A stretch of 24,000 bases of DNA from Marine Group II euryarchaeote MED-G33 (GTDB lineage: Archaea; Thermoplasmatota; Poseidoniia; Poseidoniales; Thalassarchaeaceae). This document shows, one piece after another, positions 22,702 to 24,000 of the stretch. Below the pieces are notes generated by a model, which was not told the DNA's origin, did no database searches, and worked only from the letters and a program-made list of their open reading frames with translations. The stretch's first letter is position 1. Each line of letters begins with the position of its first letter. The translations under genes and the position numbers were made by a program. The DNA lies in the NCBI GenBank assembly GCA_002457195.1, contig NTJU01000010.1:3890-27889 (forward strand). Reading direction: 5' to 3'.

Positions 22702-24000
22702 ATGGAAAGCATTACACAATTAAGTAAAACCGACAGCAGCAAACAACGAGGGACACTTATGCAGAGCAGAGCAATCCTACTGATGGCCATCATGGTCTTG
22801 GCGTCATTATCGCCATTGGCAGCAACCGAATTAGATGCGAGCGTTGATTCAAACGACACGGCTGGACGAACAGGAGCCATATCTCACATCCAATATTTCG
22901 GAACATGGACAGGACAGAATGCATTGGTAAACCAGACAGCAGCCACTCCAATCAGCCCAATGACAATTCCATTGAGTGCCACTCCTGACGGTTATTCAAT
23001 TTCGAGTGACACTATTGTTCCGCCAGGAACCAATTCGCAAGATTGGTGGACGATGAACGACGTCTCATTTACAGACATAGGATCGGGAGCTAACAATCCA
23101 ATCTACCTCAACGGTAACGCAAATTGGATTTCTCAAGGCAAGGCGTATGGCGCCGTCGAATTGGGCGGCTCTTCAGGCGATTATATCAATTCAACAACTT
23201 GTGCGACACACAGCAATTCACAGGGGAACGGACAAGGTATCGCTGGTTGGTTTAAGCCCAACTCCCTCGGTGGTCAATTGTTCAGTCGAACATTTGATCG
23301 GACCGATAGTTACGGAGGGTTTGATGGCCTCAACCTAAGCATCACTGAAGACGGCTATGTTCAAGCAAAGATGTACTGGGCAAGTCAAAATGAAACCGAC
23401 ACTGCTGTGGATTGGACGTTCAACGTTACCACAGCAAATATGCAGACACCGATTGAAGAAGGAGAGTGGAATTTCATCACCGTATCGTATTGGAGACACG
23501 GCTGGAACTTCAACATGAGAGTATACGTGGACAACGGAACAAGCGCCAGTCTTAGCAATCAACTGTCCTTCTACGGTGGCTCGCTCACACCTTCCACCTC
23601 GACTATGCTGACATGGGGTAATTCCGAATGCCGATTTGGACAAGGGTTTGACGGGGCAATCGATGAATTACGCGCTTTCAAAGACATGGCTCCATGGAGC
23701 AATAACCAAGCCTATTCCGACTGGAAGACTGCAGGCCCAATCCCTCTTCCGACCGGACTATCCTTTGATCCTGATACAGGAGTAATTGATGGCACCCCTC
23801 AAATTCCGTGGGCCCCAACCGATTACAACATATCAGTCATGTCAGGGGATAGTAGTGTGTACACTATCTTGACACTCGAGGTCGTCGAACCGGATCTACC
23901 TTCGATTACATATGGTTCCAACGACAACTTCTACCTCACTACTGGGGACGAGGAATCAATCTCACCACCACCAAACATGGGTGGAAGCGATGCCTTCTGG
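22702..24000 (+). CDS. 3'-truncated secreted protein with a LamG/concanavalin-A-like lectin-fold domain followed by a putative Ig/cadherin-like domain
   Basis: This ORF is absent from the supplied track because it has no stop in the window. I translated it by eye and the frame is open from 22702 to 24000. ATG 22702 lies 5 nt after GGGAGTGA; ATG 22759 is an alternative start. The signal peptide is MQSRAILLMAIMVLASLSPLAA. LamG-like motifs are GAVELGGSSGDYINS, GIAGWFKPNSLGGQLFSRT, EGEWNFITVSYW, MRVYVDNG and FDGAIDELRAFKDMAPWS. LPTGLSFDPDTGVIDGTPQ then follows, typical of putative Ig/dystroglycan-cadherin-like domains. Confidence 0.8.
   Translation, partial: MESITQLSKTDSSKQRGTLMQSRAILLMAIMVLASLSPLAATELDASVDSNDTAGRTGAISHIQYFGTWTGQNALVNQTAATPISPMTIPLSATPDGYSISSDTIVPPGTNSQDWWTMNDVSFTDIGSGANNPIYLNGNANWISQGKAYGAVELGGSSGDYINSTTCATHSNSQGNGQGIAGWFKPNSLGGQLFSRTFDRTDSYGGFDGLNLSITEDGYVQAKMYWASQNETDTAVDWTFNVTTANMQTPIEEGEWNFITVSYWRHGWNFNMRVYVDNGTSASLSNQLSFYGGSLTPSTSTMLTWGNSECRFGQGFDGAIDELRAFKDMAPWSNNQAYSDWKTAGPIPLPTGLSFDPDTGVIDGTPQIPWAPTDYNISVMSGDSSVYTILTLEVVEPDLPSITYGSNDNFYLTTGDEESISPPPNMGGSDAFW

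Noticed and set aside
1-24000. Search for tRNA, rRNA, integrase/transposase genes, toxin-antitoxin pairs or CRISPR-Cas genes
   Set aside because: I could recognise no cloverleaf-like or rRNA-like segments in the few short spacers, and no nuclease, recombinase or Cas-like motifs in any frame. The window does not look like a mobile element or a classical defence island.

Overview
This is an archaeal chromosomal segment. All credible genes lie on the + strand, tightly packed and often translationally coupled, and most are preceded by GGAG/GAGG-type ribosome-binding motifs. The recognisable core is an archaellum (archaeal flagellum) operon at 10189-16763: archaellin, a strong hairpin, an unknown acidic protein, then arlF, arlG, arlH, arlI and arlJ. 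An MscS-family mechanosensitive channel follows it. More than half of the window encodes giant, repeat-built envelope or membrane proteins. (i) A three-gene module at 2-4438 places three copies of a ~120-aa YfaP/DUF2135-like domain on two membrane-anchored proteins, one of them a ~1050-aa coiled-coil repeat protein. (ii) A ~1570-aa sequon-rich surface protein built from CARDB/NEW3-like beta-sandwich domains ends in a polytopic membrane domain and is coupled to a soluble relative. (iii) A ~1490-aa single-pass, receptor-like mosaic combines a 7-blade RCC1 propeller, Cys/Tyr repeats, calcium-binding-type Asp repeats, a TM helix and a cytoplasmic helix-hairpin-helix-like module. (iv) A LamG-type lectin-fold protein is 3'-truncated by the window edge. 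I saw no rRNA, tRNA, CRISPR array, transposase or integrase. All family calls come from motif recognition by eye. No database search was possible, so the domain assignments for the non-archaellum genes are hypotheses. The lineage (possibly a planktonic euryarchaeon of the marine group II/III type) is only an inference.
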